Source: Actinomycetes bacterium (lineage in GTDB: Bacteria > Actinomycetota > CADDZG01 > JAHWKV01). From it: a stretch of 64,000 nt of DNA. Position numbers and translations under genes: made by a program. Position 1 is the first letter of the stretch. Each line of letters starts with the position of its first letter. The DNA lies in assembly GCA_029263075.1 (NCBI GenBank), contig JAJCYE010000019.1, positions 10,454 through 74,453 of the forward strand, given 5' to 3'. This document shows positions 38,832 to 48,278 of the stretch, piece by piece. The notes under the pieces are model-generated. The model had not been told where the DNA came from. It worked only from the letters and a program-made list of their open reading frames with translations, and searched no databases.

Positions 38832-39018
38832 AATTTGGCCTCCAAGCAGCGTGATCCGGCGCCGGCCTGTGGGTTCTTTCGGCGCTCCCTCGTAGGATCC
38901 CGCTCTCTGGAGATCTTGGGGAGAGCCTAAAACTTTTGGGGTGCGGGTCAAGGGGGATGGCGGAGGTAATCGCCTCAAAAGTGGGTGCCCAAGGTACCCA
39001 CTTGCCCGGCGGAGGTAC

Positions 39019-39363
39019 CTAGTCCTCTTTGCGCTTCCAGGAAGCCTTGCGCTCGGGCCGGACCCGGATCTGCGATTGTTCGGAGCCAACTCCTTTTGAG
39101 ATCACCTCGGCGACGCCGGTGACCAGCACGCCCCATTTCGGTTTCCCGTAGATGAGGATTGAGACCCGGGGGTCGGCTTCGATGTTGCGCATTTTTGCGG
39201 CGCTGGAGTCGGTCTCGAACCGTAAGTAGCCACTCTCCCAGCGCACGCCTACCGGCGCGGCGTGCGGGTACCCGTCGCGGCCGTTGGTGGTGAGGATTCC
39301 GACGGTTCGATCCGTTCGCTCCCGCTCCCAGTCCTCGAAATGCGGTCCAGCCTTATCGCTCAT
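39019..39363 (-). CDS. Pyridoxamine 5-prime-phosphate oxidase-like (split-barrel, possibly F420-dependent) protein
   Basis: 114 aa; VGILTTNGRDGYPHAAPVGVRW ... RVSILIYG pattern of the PPOX-class split barrel. Confidence 0.55.
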   Translation of the reverse strand: MSDKAGPHFEDWERERTDRTVGILTTNGRDGYPHAAPVGVRWESGYLRFETDSSAAKMRNIEADPRVSILIYGKPKWGVLVTGVAEVISKGVGSEQSQIRVRPERKASWKRKED

Positions 39364-39833
39364 CGGTTCTGCTCCTGTCGGGCGATGACCTCAACTTCGT
39401 TGCCCTCCGGGTCGTCCACGTAGAAGGTTCTCACGTCCGGCAACACCGGGTGGATGCCCTGACGGACGTTGAGCCCGTAGGTGCGGCAGATCTCCTGGAG
39501 TTCGTCGTAACGGGAAGGGTTGACCGCGAAGGCCAGGTGGTGAAGAACCCGGGAGGGTTTATCGGAAGGGAAAGCCGGAGCCTCCTGGGGGTGCGGAAAC
39601 AGCACAATCATCTGGGGCACTCCGCCAGGGCCGGTGCCGGCGCTCAAGAACTTGGCTTTGAAATCCGGTTCCGAGATCATCTCCAACCCAAAAAGATCGC
39701 GATAGAACCGCAGCGTAGCGTCCATGTCGCGGGTCCACAGCACGATCTCGGCGAGTCCGAGGACCGTGCGTTCGGGGTCAGGTTCGGGCAAGCCGGCCCG
39801 GGCTCCGGCCGGTCGCTCGGTGTTTAGTGGCAA
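39360..39833 (-). CDS. VOC (glyoxalase/bleomycin-resistance/dioxygenase) family protein
   Basis: LAEIVLWTRDMDATLRFYRDLFGLEM ... HHLAFAV ... DDPEGNEVEV. The start is uncertain; a TTG about 39791 is plausible. The track start overlaps the metallothionein-like gene by 10 nt. Confidence 0.65.
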   Translation of the reverse strand: MPLNTERPAGARAGLPEPDPERTVLGLAEIVLWTRDMDATLRFYRDLFGLEMISEPDFKAKFLSAGTGPGGVPQMIVLFPHPQEAPAFPSDKPSRVLHHLAFAVNPSRYDELQEICRTYGLNVRQGIHPVLPDVRTFYVDDPEGNEVEVIARQEQNR

Positions 39834-39964
39834 CCTTCGTGCCCACAGCCGCAGTCGTGGGCGACGTGACCTTCGTGGGAACCGTGCTTGGCGCAGTAGT
39901 CGCTGCAGTAGCCGTCTTCACGAGCCTCACACTTGCAACCTTCGTGACCACACTGCTGAGCCAT
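39824..39964 (-). CDS. Small Cys/His-rich metal-binding protein, metallothionein-like (46 aa; 9 Cys, 7 His)
   Basis: MAQQCGHEGCKCEAREDGYCSDYCAKHGSHEGHVAHDCGCGHEGCH. A strong RBS AAGGAGG lies 5 nt before the ATG. It is hidden as the C-terminal 46 codons of the spurious 340-aa antisense ORF 39824..40846. Confidence 0.55.
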   Translation of the reverse strand: MAQQCGHEGCKCEAREDGYCSDYCAKHGSHEGHVAHDCGCGHEGCH

Positions 39965-40072
39965 AGCCGCCTCCTTCGAGTCCGTTGCGTCGGGTCCGCA
40001 CGTTCGCTGCCTACGATACTTCGGTTGGCTATCCGGGGCACCAGGTACGAGGTTTCCGATAACCTGTTGCCC

Positions 40073-41014
40073 ATGCCTAGAGATGATGGTTTGTTGAAGA
40101 TCGGGATCTCCCAGTGCCTGTTGGGAGCCGAGGTCCGCTACGACGGCGGCCACAAGCGGAACAGCTTCATCGTTGATCTGTTGGGCCCGTATTTTTCCTG
40201 GGTCCCGGTGTGCCCCGAGGTGGAGGCCGGAATGGGGGTTCCCCGGGAAGCGGTATCGCTGCGTTCCTCCGAAGGCGGCCCCCGGGTGGTCGGCAGTGAG
40301 ACGGGTACGGACCACACCGAGGCATTGGAGCGGTTCACAGTCCAAAAGCTCGAAGACCTTGCCGGCGTCCCGTTGAGGGGGTACGTACTCAAAAGCGGTT
40401 CGCCGAGCTGCGGCAAAGCGGTTCCGGTGGAGGGTGCCGAGCCGGCGCCGGGTCTTTTTGCCCAGGCCCTGCGAAAACGGTTTCCCTCCCTGCCGGTGGT
40501 TGAAGAAACCGAGTTGGCCGACTCCGCGGGCCGTCAGAACTTCGCCGAACGGGTTTTCGCCTACGACCGGCAGCAAAATTTCTTCACGAGCCAGCGCAGT
40601 ATCGGCCAGTTGGTCATGTCGCACGCCCAGGTAAAACTCCAACTCGAGGCCCACAGGCCGGGCCTCCACGACGAGGTGGCTGAGACCTTCAAGCAGGCGA
40701 ATGGGTTGTCTTACGAAGAGTTGGGGGCCCGATATCTGGCCGCCATGATGAAGGCGTTGGAGGAGCCGGCTACCCCGGCTGGTCACTTCGCCGTCCTCAA
40801 GACGATTTTTGAAGGGGTCCGCAAGAACGTGGAACCGGCGGTCCAAAAGGAGCTGGCCAGGGCGCTGCAGGATTACAGGCAGGGAAACGTCCCGCTGGCG
40901 GTCCCCCTGACCCTCTTAAGACACTACGTGAGGGTCCAGGAGAACCCGTTCTTCAACAGCCAGACCTACCTGGAGCCGGAGCCGAAGGAACTGTTGTTGA
41001 GAATCACGGTTTAG
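40073..41014 (+). CDS. DUF523/DUF1722 (YbgA-family) protein
   Basis: MPRDDGLLKIGISQCLLGAEVRYDGGHKRN... matches the DUF523 N-terminus, and the C-terminal half is DUF1722-like. The start is Met83 of track ORF 39827..41014. Confidence 0.7.
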   Translation: MPRDDGLLKIGISQCLLGAEVRYDGGHKRNSFIVDLLGPYFSWVPVCPEVEAGMGVPREAVSLRSSEGGPRVVGSETGTDHTEALERFTVQKLEDLAGVPLRGYVLKSGSPSCGKAVPVEGAEPAPGLFAQALRKRFPSLPVVEETELADSAGRQNFAERVFAYDRQQNFFTSQRSIGQLVMSHAQVKLQLEAHRPGLHDEVAETFKQANGLSYEELGARYLAAMMKALEEPATPAGHFAVLKTIFEGVRKNVEPAVQKELARALQDYRQGNVPLAVPLTLLRHYVRVQENPFFNSQTYLEPEPKELLLRITV

Positions 41015-41021
41015 CGGACGA

Positions 41022-43721
41022 TCAGTCTTTGCCGATTCCCTCAAGCACTATCTTTACCGTCGCCTTGGCGTAGTTGTCGTCCTGCGGGTCGTGGCCGTTG
41101 GGTGCGAGCCCGTGGGCGGCCAAAGCCCCGATCAGAAGTTGCGCTGCGTGGTCCGGGTGAGCCGTCTTGCTGATTCTTCCCATCCTTTGTTCCAGGGCGA
41201 GATAACCGCTGACCCGGGAGACGTCAACCACCTGACCATCGCCATCTCCCGACCGGAAGTGTAGGTAGGTCGCTTCCGCGACCTGTTCGAGGTTCGATCT
41301 CACGTCTCCGATGCCCGCTTTGAACGGCAGGTCCCGGAGTAGGTGGTCGAGTTCGGACGGGGAGCGCTCGCGGTCGCTTCGGGGCGTGATCCCTGAAGAC
41401 CCAGGGGCGGCAGCCGATTGGTAAGCAGGGTGCCTGGGGAACGCGGCCTGCGGCCGGGCCTCTACGGTCCGGTAGTTGCGGTCCCCGGACCCCGCAGCAA
41501 CTGCGGCACTATCGCCGTTGTCGAAGTCCCCGGCGGTCGGGGGAAGGGCCCCGGGGTGGTCTTCGCCCTCGATGCTGATGTTCGGCAGTATCTTGTCGAG
41601 CCACCTGGGCAGGTACCAGTTGGCCTCTCCCAGCAACTCCATGGTTGCCGGTACCAGCACCATGCGGACCAATGTGGCATCGATGAGGACTGCCGCCGCC
41701 AGGCCGAGCCCAACCAGCTTGGCGTTCGGGTCGTCGCCCAGTACGAATGAGAAGAAGACGGTAACCATGATCGCGGCCGCTGCGGTGATGACCCGGGCGG
41801 TGCCGGCTAGCCCGTCGGCCACGGCCTCTGCGTTCGGTTTGCCGTTGTCGTGCTCTTCTTTGATCCTGGAGAGCAGGAAGACCTCGTAGTCCATGGAAAG
41901 CCCGAACAGGATGGCGAACAGCAACATCGGGCTGAACGCAGCAATGGGTCCGGTGCGGTCGACACCGATCGATTCCGCCGGCCACCAGCCCCACTGGAAG
42001 ACTGCGACAAGCACACCGAAGGCAGAGCCGATGGCGATGATGTTCATGATCGCCGCCTTCAGGGGCACCAGGACCGATCGGAATGCGGCCATCAGCAGCA
42101 GGAAGCTGAGGAGAATGACCCCGCCGAAGAAGTAGGGAAGACGTTCGGTCAGTTTGTCGGTTAGGTCCACGCCGATCGCGGCCGCTCCACCGGCATGTAT
42201 GACCAGGCCGTCTCCGGCCGCCGGGGCGATCAATTCCTCCCTGAGGTGCCGGACCAGATCATCGGTCCTTTCGTCCTGCGGAGCGAACTTGCTGAATACC
42301 TGGATGACGGCCGCAGTTGGATTTTCAGGGTCGTTGGGGATGACCGGGCTTACGGCGGCAACGCCGGGATCGGCGGCCAGGTCGCCCGCAAGTTGTTGCA
42401 GCCGGGGTAGGGATTCGGCCGAGTCGAAGCTTGCCGCGACCAGCAAAGGCCCGTTGGTCCCGGGGCCGAACGCCTCGGTGAGCAGGTCGTAGGCCCGGCG
42501 GCTGGTCAACTCTTTGGGACCGTTGCCGGCGTCCTGGTTGCCGAGGCGGATGCTGAAGGCAGGGGCGGCCAGTGCCCCCAAAACTGCCAGGCACAGGACG
42601 GCCGCGACGATCGGGTGCCTTTGAATGTAGCGGCTCCACCGGTACCAGAACCCGGCCTCAGGCGGCTTGGCCGGCTTTCCCTTGCGCTTGAAGTGAACGG
42701 AGAGGCTGTCGATGCGCCGGCCGACCAGAGACATCAGGGCCGGTAGCAGGGTTATGGATGCCAGCATGGTGACGAGCACCGAAATGCCGGCGCCTACCGC
42801 CAGTCCGTTGATGAAGGACAACTCCATCAAGAACATGCCCATCAGGCTGATGATCACGGTTATTCCGGCGAACACGACCGCACGACCTGCGGTGCTCATG
42901 GCCTTCACCACCGCGGCCTCGACATCCATGCCCTGATTGAGGTTCTGGCGGTAACGCGTGACGATAAAAAGTGCGTAGTCGATCCCGACACCCAGGCCGA
43001 TCATGGCCGACACCAGCGGCGCAAAGGTCACCACGTCCATGTACCGGGCCAATAGGGTAAGGCTCATAAAGCCGATGCCGACGCTGAACAGCGCAGTGAA
43101 GATCGGCAGTCCCATGGCGAGGACGGACCCGAAGGAGATCAGCAGGATAAAGACCGCTGCGATGATTCCGATGATCTCGTTGATGCCGATCGTCGGCGCG
43201 AGTTCCTGGAACGGAGGACCTCCGAACTCGATGGTCAGGTCGTCGCCCGGCTTGGCTGCCTCTTTTACGGCCTCTTCAATCTCATCGGAGAGTTCCAGTG
43301 GGAGTTGTACGGCAAGGCGGTCGAACTGCATCTCGGCATAGGCGATCTTGCCCGCCGAAGCGCCGACCCGGGCGATCTGGCTGGCGGCACCCTGCGGGCT
43401 GTAGGGGCTGACTATCCCCACCAGGTATTCGCCGCTGGCCTCTTCGGCGGCTGCGAACCCGGCCTCCATCCGCTCCCTGACCGCTTCAATGTCGCCGGTG
43501 GTCTTGAATACGATTTGCCCGGAGTCCCCCGCACGCGCCGGCATCTTCTCTTCTAGGATGTCGACCGTCTTTTGGGTCTCGGTGCCCGGCAGGCTGAAGT
43601 TGTTGCTGAGCTTGCCGCCCTCAGTGATTGAGAGCACTACTGTTCCGGCAAGGATGAGGATCCAAATCAGGAACATCAGCCATTTGTGCCGGAAGCTGAA
43701 GCGGGCGAGACCTTCTAGCAA
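41022..43721 (-). CDS. MMPL-family (RND superfamily) membrane transporter with about 200-aa cytoplasmic C-terminal extension
   Basis: 899 aa, 12 TM helices in two MMPL repeats with intervening periplasmic domains; MLEGLARFSFRHKWLMFLIWILILAG N-terminus. Confidence 0.85.
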   Translation of the reverse strand: MLEGLARFSFRHKWLMFLIWILILAGTVVLSITEGGKLSNNFSLPGTETQKTVDILEEKMPARAGDSGQIVFKTTGDIEAVRERMEAGFAAAEEASGEYLVGIVSPYSPQGAASQIARVGASAGKIAYAEMQFDRLAVQLPLELSDEIEEAVKEAAKPGDDLTIEFGGPPFQELAPTIGINEIIGIIAAVFILLISFGSVLAMGLPIFTALFSVGIGFMSLTLLARYMDVVTFAPLVSAMIGLGVGIDYALFIVTRYRQNLNQGMDVEAAVVKAMSTAGRAVVFAGITVIISLMGMFLMELSFINGLAVGAGISVLVTMLASITLLPALMSLVGRRIDSLSVHFKRKGKPAKPPEAGFWYRWSRYIQRHPIVAAVLCLAVLGALAAPAFSIRLGNQDAGNGPKELTSRRAYDLLTEAFGPGTNGPLLVAASFDSAESLPRLQQLAGDLAADPGVAAVSPVIPNDPENPTAAVIQVFSKFAPQDERTDDLVRHLREELIAPAAGDGLVIHAGGAAAIGVDLTDKLTERLPYFFGGVILLSFLLLMAAFRSVLVPLKAAIMNIIAIGSAFGVLVAVFQWGWWPAESIGVDRTGPIAAFSPMLLFAILFGLSMDYEVFLLSRIKEEHDNGKPNAEAVADGLAGTARVITAAAAIMVTVFFSFVLGDDPNAKLVGLGLAAAVLIDATLVRMVLVPATMELLGEANWYLPRWLDKILPNISIEGEDHPGALPPTAGDFDNGDSAAVAAGSGDRNYRTVEARPQAAFPRHPAYQSAAAPGSSGITPRSDRERSPSELDHLLRDLPFKAGIGDVRSNLEQVAEATYLHFRSGDGDGQVVDVSRVSGYLALEQRMGRISKTAHPDHAAQLLIGALAAHGLAPNGHDPQDDNYAKATVKIVLEGIGKD

Positions 43722-44050
43722 CGTCTACCTCCAAACAGGTTGTGAAAAGGGGACCGGTGCGGAGTTTCCGGGACCATTATGTGGCGGGAGCACCGGCCCG
43801 GACAAAACGCCTCTTTACCTGCGCCCCGCCGGAGGTGCCCGGAGACTGCGGCTGCCGGCCCTTTGCCGAGCCCCGGAGGTTGGGACCGGCCGCCGCCCTC
43901 TTTGGGGGCGTGGCCCGAAATGGGCGGCTTTTTGGGGCGCCCTGAGCGCGCCTAATTCGTCCGGGCGGTAGCGGCCTATTGGGCGCGAGGATCAGGTGTG
44001 TTCGTTGCTAGGTGGCTTCCGGGGGCCCGGAGCCTGAGGAGTTGGTGTTG

Positions 44051-44494
44051 TCAGGCTCCGTGCTTCTCGTTATGAACCTTCACACCTTCCAGGAAGGTGT
44101 TCCAGCCGAGCAGCGCACACTTGATGCGCACCGGGTACTTCTGAACTCCCTGCAGTGCCAGCAGGTCACCCAGCGCGTCCTCATCCTCGGCCGCTTCTCC
44201 CTGCATCATGGACTTGAACGTGTTGGCCAACTCCTCCGCCTCGGCGATGGACAGGCCCTTGAGCTTCTCGGTCATCATCGAAACCGATGCCTGGGAGATG
44301 GAGCACCCCCGGCCCTCAAAGCCGACGTTGGTGACCCGGCCGTCCTCGATGTCGACGTAAAGGTCGATTTCGTCCCCGCACAGGGGGTTGTCCCGGTGCA
44401 GGTGGACGTCGGCATTTTCGATCTTGGCCCGGTTGCGCGGGGTCCTGTAGTGATCGAGGATTACTTCCTTATAAAGGTCTTCAAGGTCGCTCAA
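44051..44494 (-). CDS. sufU: SUF-system Fe-S cluster scaffold/sulfur acceptor SufU (NifU/IscU-like)
   Basis: LSDLEDLYKEVILDHYRTPRN...CGDEIDLYV...GCSISQAS. The TTG start (codon 23 of the track ORF) has AAGGAGG 7 nt upstream. Confidence 0.85.
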   Translation of the reverse strand: MSDLEDLYKEVILDHYRTPRNRAKIENADVHLHRDNPLCGDEIDLYVDIEDGRVTNVGFEGRGCSISQASVSMMTEKLKGLSIAEAEELANTFKSMMQGEAAEDEDALGDLLALQGVQKYPVRIKCALLGWNTFLEGVKVHNEKHGA

Positions 44495-44507
44495 CGGCTG
44501 GCCCTCC

Positions 44508-45728
44508 TTAGCCGAACATCTTTCGGCAACTCTCCAGGGCGTCAACAAGGGCGTCGACATCGCTATGAGTGTTGTAAATGTAAAAAGAAGCGCGATTGGT
44601 CGCGCCTACCCCCAGTTTACGCATGAGCGGCTTGGCGCAGTGATGACCGGCCCGGATGGCAACTCCCTTGCCGTCCAGGATTGTGCCGACGTCGTGCGGG
44701 TGGATGTCGTCGATGTTGAACGAAACCAGCCCGCCCTTTAGCTCGGCATCCGTCGGACCGTAGACGGTGATGTCGGGAAGCTCCGCAAGGCGATCGAGTG
44801 CGTACCGGGTTATCTCGATCTCGTGCCGGCGAATGGCTTCCCAGCCGAGGTTATTGAGGTAGTCGATAGCGGTGCTCAGGCCCACCGCTTGCGAGATCGG
44901 CGGGGTGCCGGCCTCGAACTTGTAGGGGATCTCGTTGTAGCTGGAGTGGTCGATCCACACGTCCAGGATCATGTCTCCGCCGCCGTGGAACGGCTCCATC
45001 TCCTCAAGGATGTGTTCGCGGCCCCAGAGGAATCCGATCCCGGTGGGGGCGCACATCTTGTGGCCGGTGCCGGCATAGAAGTCGCAGTCCAGCGAGGGGA
45101 TGTCGATTGCCATGTGGGGGACCGCCTGGGCGCCGTCACAAACGACTATCGCCCCGACGCGGTGGGCCTTGGCGGAGATTTCGGCGATCGGGTTGATCGT
45201 GCCGAGCACGTTGGAAACGTGGCAGACGGCCACGACCTTGGTCTTGTTGGAGAGCAGGCGGTCGTACTCGGCCATGTCCAGGACGCCGTTGTCGTCCACG
45301 GGGACGGCCTTGATTACCGCGCCGGTGTCTTTGCAGGCCAGTTGCCAAGAAACGATGTTGGAGTGGTGTTCCATCTCGGTGATCAGGACCTCATCGCCCT
45401 CGGAGAGGTGGTGCCGTCCCCATGCGTAGGCGACCAGGTTCAACGACTCGGTGGCCGATTTGGTGAAGATCAGACCGTTGGTGCCGGGGACTCCCAAAAG
45501 TGCGGCCAGTTTGGTGCGGGCCCCTTCAAAGAGTTCGGTTGCCCGCTGTCCGAGCGTGTGGACCGAGCGGTGGACGTTGGAGTTGTCCTCTTCCTCGAAC
45601 CGCTTGATCTCATCGATCACCGCCAGGGGACGGTGGGAAGTGGCGCCGTTGTCCAGGTAGACCAACGGATGCCCGTTGACCTGCTGAAAAAGCACCGGGA
45701 AATCCTTGCGGACTGCTTGGGGGTCCAT
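44508..45728 (-). CDS. sufS: Cysteine desulfurase SufS (group II)
   Basis: 406 aa; PLP-lysine region AGTGHKMCAPTGIGFLWG; RAGHHCAKP active-site Cys loop. Confidence 0.9.
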   Translation of the reverse strand: MDPQAVRKDFPVLFQQVNGHPLVYLDNGATSHRPLAVIDEIKRFEEEDNSNVHRSVHTLGQRATELFEGARTKLAALLGVPGTNGLIFTKSATESLNLVAYAWGRHHLSEGDEVLITEMEHHSNIVSWQLACKDTGAVIKAVPVDDNGVLDMAEYDRLLSNKTKVVAVCHVSNVLGTINPIAEISAKAHRVGAIVVCDGAQAVPHMAIDIPSLDCDFYAGTGHKMCAPTGIGFLWGREHILEEMEPFHGGGDMILDVWIDHSSYNEIPYKFEAGTPPISQAVGLSTAIDYLNNLGWEAIRRHEIEITRYALDRLAELPDITVYGPTDAELKGGLVSFNIDDIHPHDVGTILDGKGVAIRAGHHCAKPLMRKLGVGATNRASFYIYNTHSDVDALVDALESCRKMFG

Positions 45729-45847
45729 GATCTAAATCCTACCCCCGACGGCCAAACTAGATTGCCGTTCGACGACGGTGTTACTCTCGACTGGAACGCG
45801 GCACGCAGGATTTGGTTCCGCAAAATACAGATTTCAAGGAGATTAAC

Positions 45848-46069
45848 GTGAAGACGGGAATTCACCCCGATTACAAGATGGCCACGGTGCACTGCTCCTG
45901 TGGAAACACCTTCGAGACCCGCTCGACCCTAACCGAGATGCGCACGGAACTCTGCTCCCAGTGCCACCCCTTCTACACGGGCAAGCAGAAGATGGTCGAC
46001 ACCGGAGGACGGATCGAGCGCTTCGAGCGCAAGTACGGCAAACGTGCCGGCGCCGCACCCGCCGAGTAG
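45848..46069 (+). CDS. rpmE: 50S ribosomal protein L31 (Zn-ribbon type)
   Basis: [27 protein letters not shown]...[13 protein letters not shown]. The GTG start has AAGGAG 6 nt upstream (codon 13 of the track ORF). Confidence 0.9.
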   Translation: MKTGIHPDYKMATVHCSCGNTFETRSTLTEMRTELCSQCHPFYTGKQKMVDTGGRIERFERKYGKRAGAAPAE

Positions 46070-46134
46070 GGATCGCTTGTTCCGAGAAACCGAAAATCGC
46101 GCAAGGTCCGGCCTGTTTGCCATGAGCACCAGCA

Positions 46135-47142
46135 GTGGCGAGTAAACCCTCTATAGGGGGGCAGGCCGTGATGGAGGGCGTCATGATGCGCGGCCCCGAG
46201 TCATGGGCCGTTGCCGTGCGCAAGCCGAACAAAGACATTGCCGTCCACGCCTTCGCGCTTCCCGGTTACGGAGCGGAACACAAGTGGACCCGCAAGCCCC
46301 TTCTGCGTGGCGTATGGACCCTGGTCGAGTCGTTGAACCTCGGGTTCAAGGCGCTCAAGATTTCGGGTTCCTACGCGGTCGAGGAGGAGAACGACTCTCC
46401 GGAGGAGACCGCCAAGATCGAAAAGGCGATGAACGCAAGCCTGGGGATCGGCATGGTTATCATCCTGGCTTTGTTCGTCACCATCCCCGCCTTCATATCC
46501 AAGTGGGGCGGCAACCGGATCGGCGTGGAGGGCGACCTCCTTCAGAACCTGTTCGAGGGCGGCATCCGCATCAGCTTTTTCCTCGGGTACATTCTGTTGA
46601 TCTCACTGGTCCCCGACATCAAACGGGTGTTCCAGTACCACGGCGCCGAGCATAAGACGATTTATGCCTATGAAAACGATGATCCTATGGATCCCAAGGT
46701 CATCGACAGCTACTCCACCCTCCACGTCCGTTGCGGCACCAACTTCCTGTTCATAGTGATGTTTGTGGCGATCATCGGGCACTTCGTGGCCGACCTTTTG
46801 CTGGCCGACGCCGCTCTGCCCTTCAAATTGGCGGCCCGGGTATTCATGATCCCGGTGGTGGCGGGGCTTTCTTACGAAGTCATCCGGGCGGCGGGGAAGA
46901 ACGACCGCTCCATCATTTTCCGTACCGTCAGTCTTCCCGGCCTGGCTCTTCAGAAGATCACCACCCGTCCCCCGACGCTCGATCAGATAGAAGTTGCCAT
47001 CAAGGCGATGGAGGGCGTCATCAACCGCGTCGCCGCGGCCGAGCCTTCCACGGTAAAGATCTACGAGGTCGCCTCGCCGATCGAGCGTGCCGGTGACCTG
47101 CTGCACCCGGAAAAGGGCCTTCCCGGAGTGGAACCGGCTTAG
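46135..47142 (+). CDS. DUF1385-family membrane protein
   Basis: GGQAVMEGVMMRG ... YHGAEHKTIYAYEND conserved motifs. The start may be the downstream GTG-ATG about 46168-46171. Confidence 0.7.
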   Translation: MASKPSIGGQAVMEGVMMRGPESWAVAVRKPNKDIAVHAFALPGYGAEHKWTRKPLLRGVWTLVESLNLGFKALKISGSYAVEEENDSPEETAKIEKAMNASLGIGMVIILALFVTIPAFISKWGGNRIGVEGDLLQNLFEGGIRISFFLGYILLISLVPDIKRVFQYHGAEHKTIYAYENDDPMDPKVIDSYSTLHVRCGTNFLFIVMFVAIIGHFVADLLLADAALPFKLAARVFMIPVVAGLSYEVIRAAGKNDRSIIFRTVSLPGLALQKITTRPPTLDQIEVAIKAMEGVINRVAAAEPSTVKIYEVASPIERAGDLLHPEKGLPGVEPA

Positions 47143-47201
47143 CCCCCAAGAGCATTTTGAGTACTACAGGCGCGTCCGGATCAGGAAGGGAACCAGTTCG
47201 A

Positions 47202-48278
47202 GTGAGTGATGCGTTGTTCGGCCGGCTAAGCGAGATAGACACGCGCTACCAGCAGGTCCAGGCCAAACTGATGGACCCAAATATCACGTCCAACGCCAAC
47301 CTTCTTCGCGAGCTGGGCAAGGAGAACTCCGAACTGGAGCCCACGGTGCTCACCTATCGGCGTTGGAAAGTGGCCTTGGAGGAGGTCGACGAGGCGCGCA
47401 AACTCCTGAACGAAACCTCCGATCCGGAGATGAGGCAGATGGCCGAAGCCGAGATCGACGAGCAGGGGGCTCTAGCCGCCAAATTGGAGGAGGAACTCAA
47501 GGTCCTGCTGGTGCCCACGGACCCCACCGACAGCAAGGACGTGATCGTTGAGGTGAAGGCGGGGGAAGGCGGAGACGAGTCGGCGCTCTTTGCCGGCGAA
47601 ATTTTCAAGATGTACGAGGGATACGCCGAACGACGGGGATGGAAGACCGAGGTCCTCAACTCCACCCCCTCCAATATGGGCGGTTTGAAGGACATCACCT
47701 TCGCCGTGAAGGGCAAGGGAGCCTACTCGAGGATGAAACACGAGGCGGGGGTTCACCGGGTGCAACGGGTTCCGGAGACCGAGTCCCAGGGCCGGCTACA
47801 CACCTCGGCAATCGGCGTGGTGGTCATGCCGGAAGCTGAGGAGGTGGAGATCCAGATCGACGCCAAAGATCTGAAATGGGATGTCTTCCGTTCGTCGGGA
47901 CCGGGCGGCCAGTCGGTTAACACCACCGACTCGGCGGTGCGCCTGACCCACCTTCCCACCAGCACGGTGGTCACCTGTCAGGATGAGAAGTCTCAACTAC
48001 AGAACCGGGACAAGGCGCTGCGCATCATGAGGGCGCGCCTGCACCAGATTGAGCTGGACCGCCGGGCCGCGGAGGACTCCGCCGCCCGCAAGAACCAGGT
48101 CAAAAGTGTTGATCGCTCGGAGAAGATCCGGACCTACAACTTTCCTCAAAACCGGGTTACCGACCACCGGGTGAAGGTCTCCGTCCACAACGTCCCTGAG
48201 GTGATGAGCGGCGGGTTGGACCCGTTCATCGACGCCCTGATAGCCAAGTTGAGAACCGAGCAGCTGACCGGCGAATAA
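47202..48278 (+). CDS. prfA: Peptide chain release factor 1
   Basis: GGQ motif (SSGPGGQSVNTTDSAV) and RF1-type PxT region (RVPETESQGR). The GTG start is codon 16 of the track ORF. Confidence 0.9.
   Translation: MSDALFGRLSEIDTRYQQVQAKLMDPNITSNANLLRELGKENSELEPTVLTYRRWKVALEEVDEARKLLNETSDPEMRQMAEAEIDEQGALAAKLEEELKVLLVPTDPTDSKDVIVEVKAGEGGDESALFAGEIFKMYEGYAERRGWKTEVLNSTPSNMGGLKDITFAVKGKGAYSRMKHEAGVHRVQRVPETESQGRLHTSAIGVVVMPEAEEVEIQIDAKDLKWDVFRSSGPGGQSVNTTDSAVRLTHLPTSTVVTCQDEKSQLQNRDKALRIMRARLHQIELDRRAAEDSAARKNQVKSVDRSEKIRTYNFPQNRVTDHRVKVSVHNVPEVMSGGLDPFIDALIAKLRTEQLTGE

Noticed and set aside
39965-40846. 340-aa minus-strand ORF 39824..40846
   Set aside because: Apart from its last 46 codons (the metallothionein-like gene), it is the antisense shadow of the DUF523/DUF1722 gene, with no homology or RBS.
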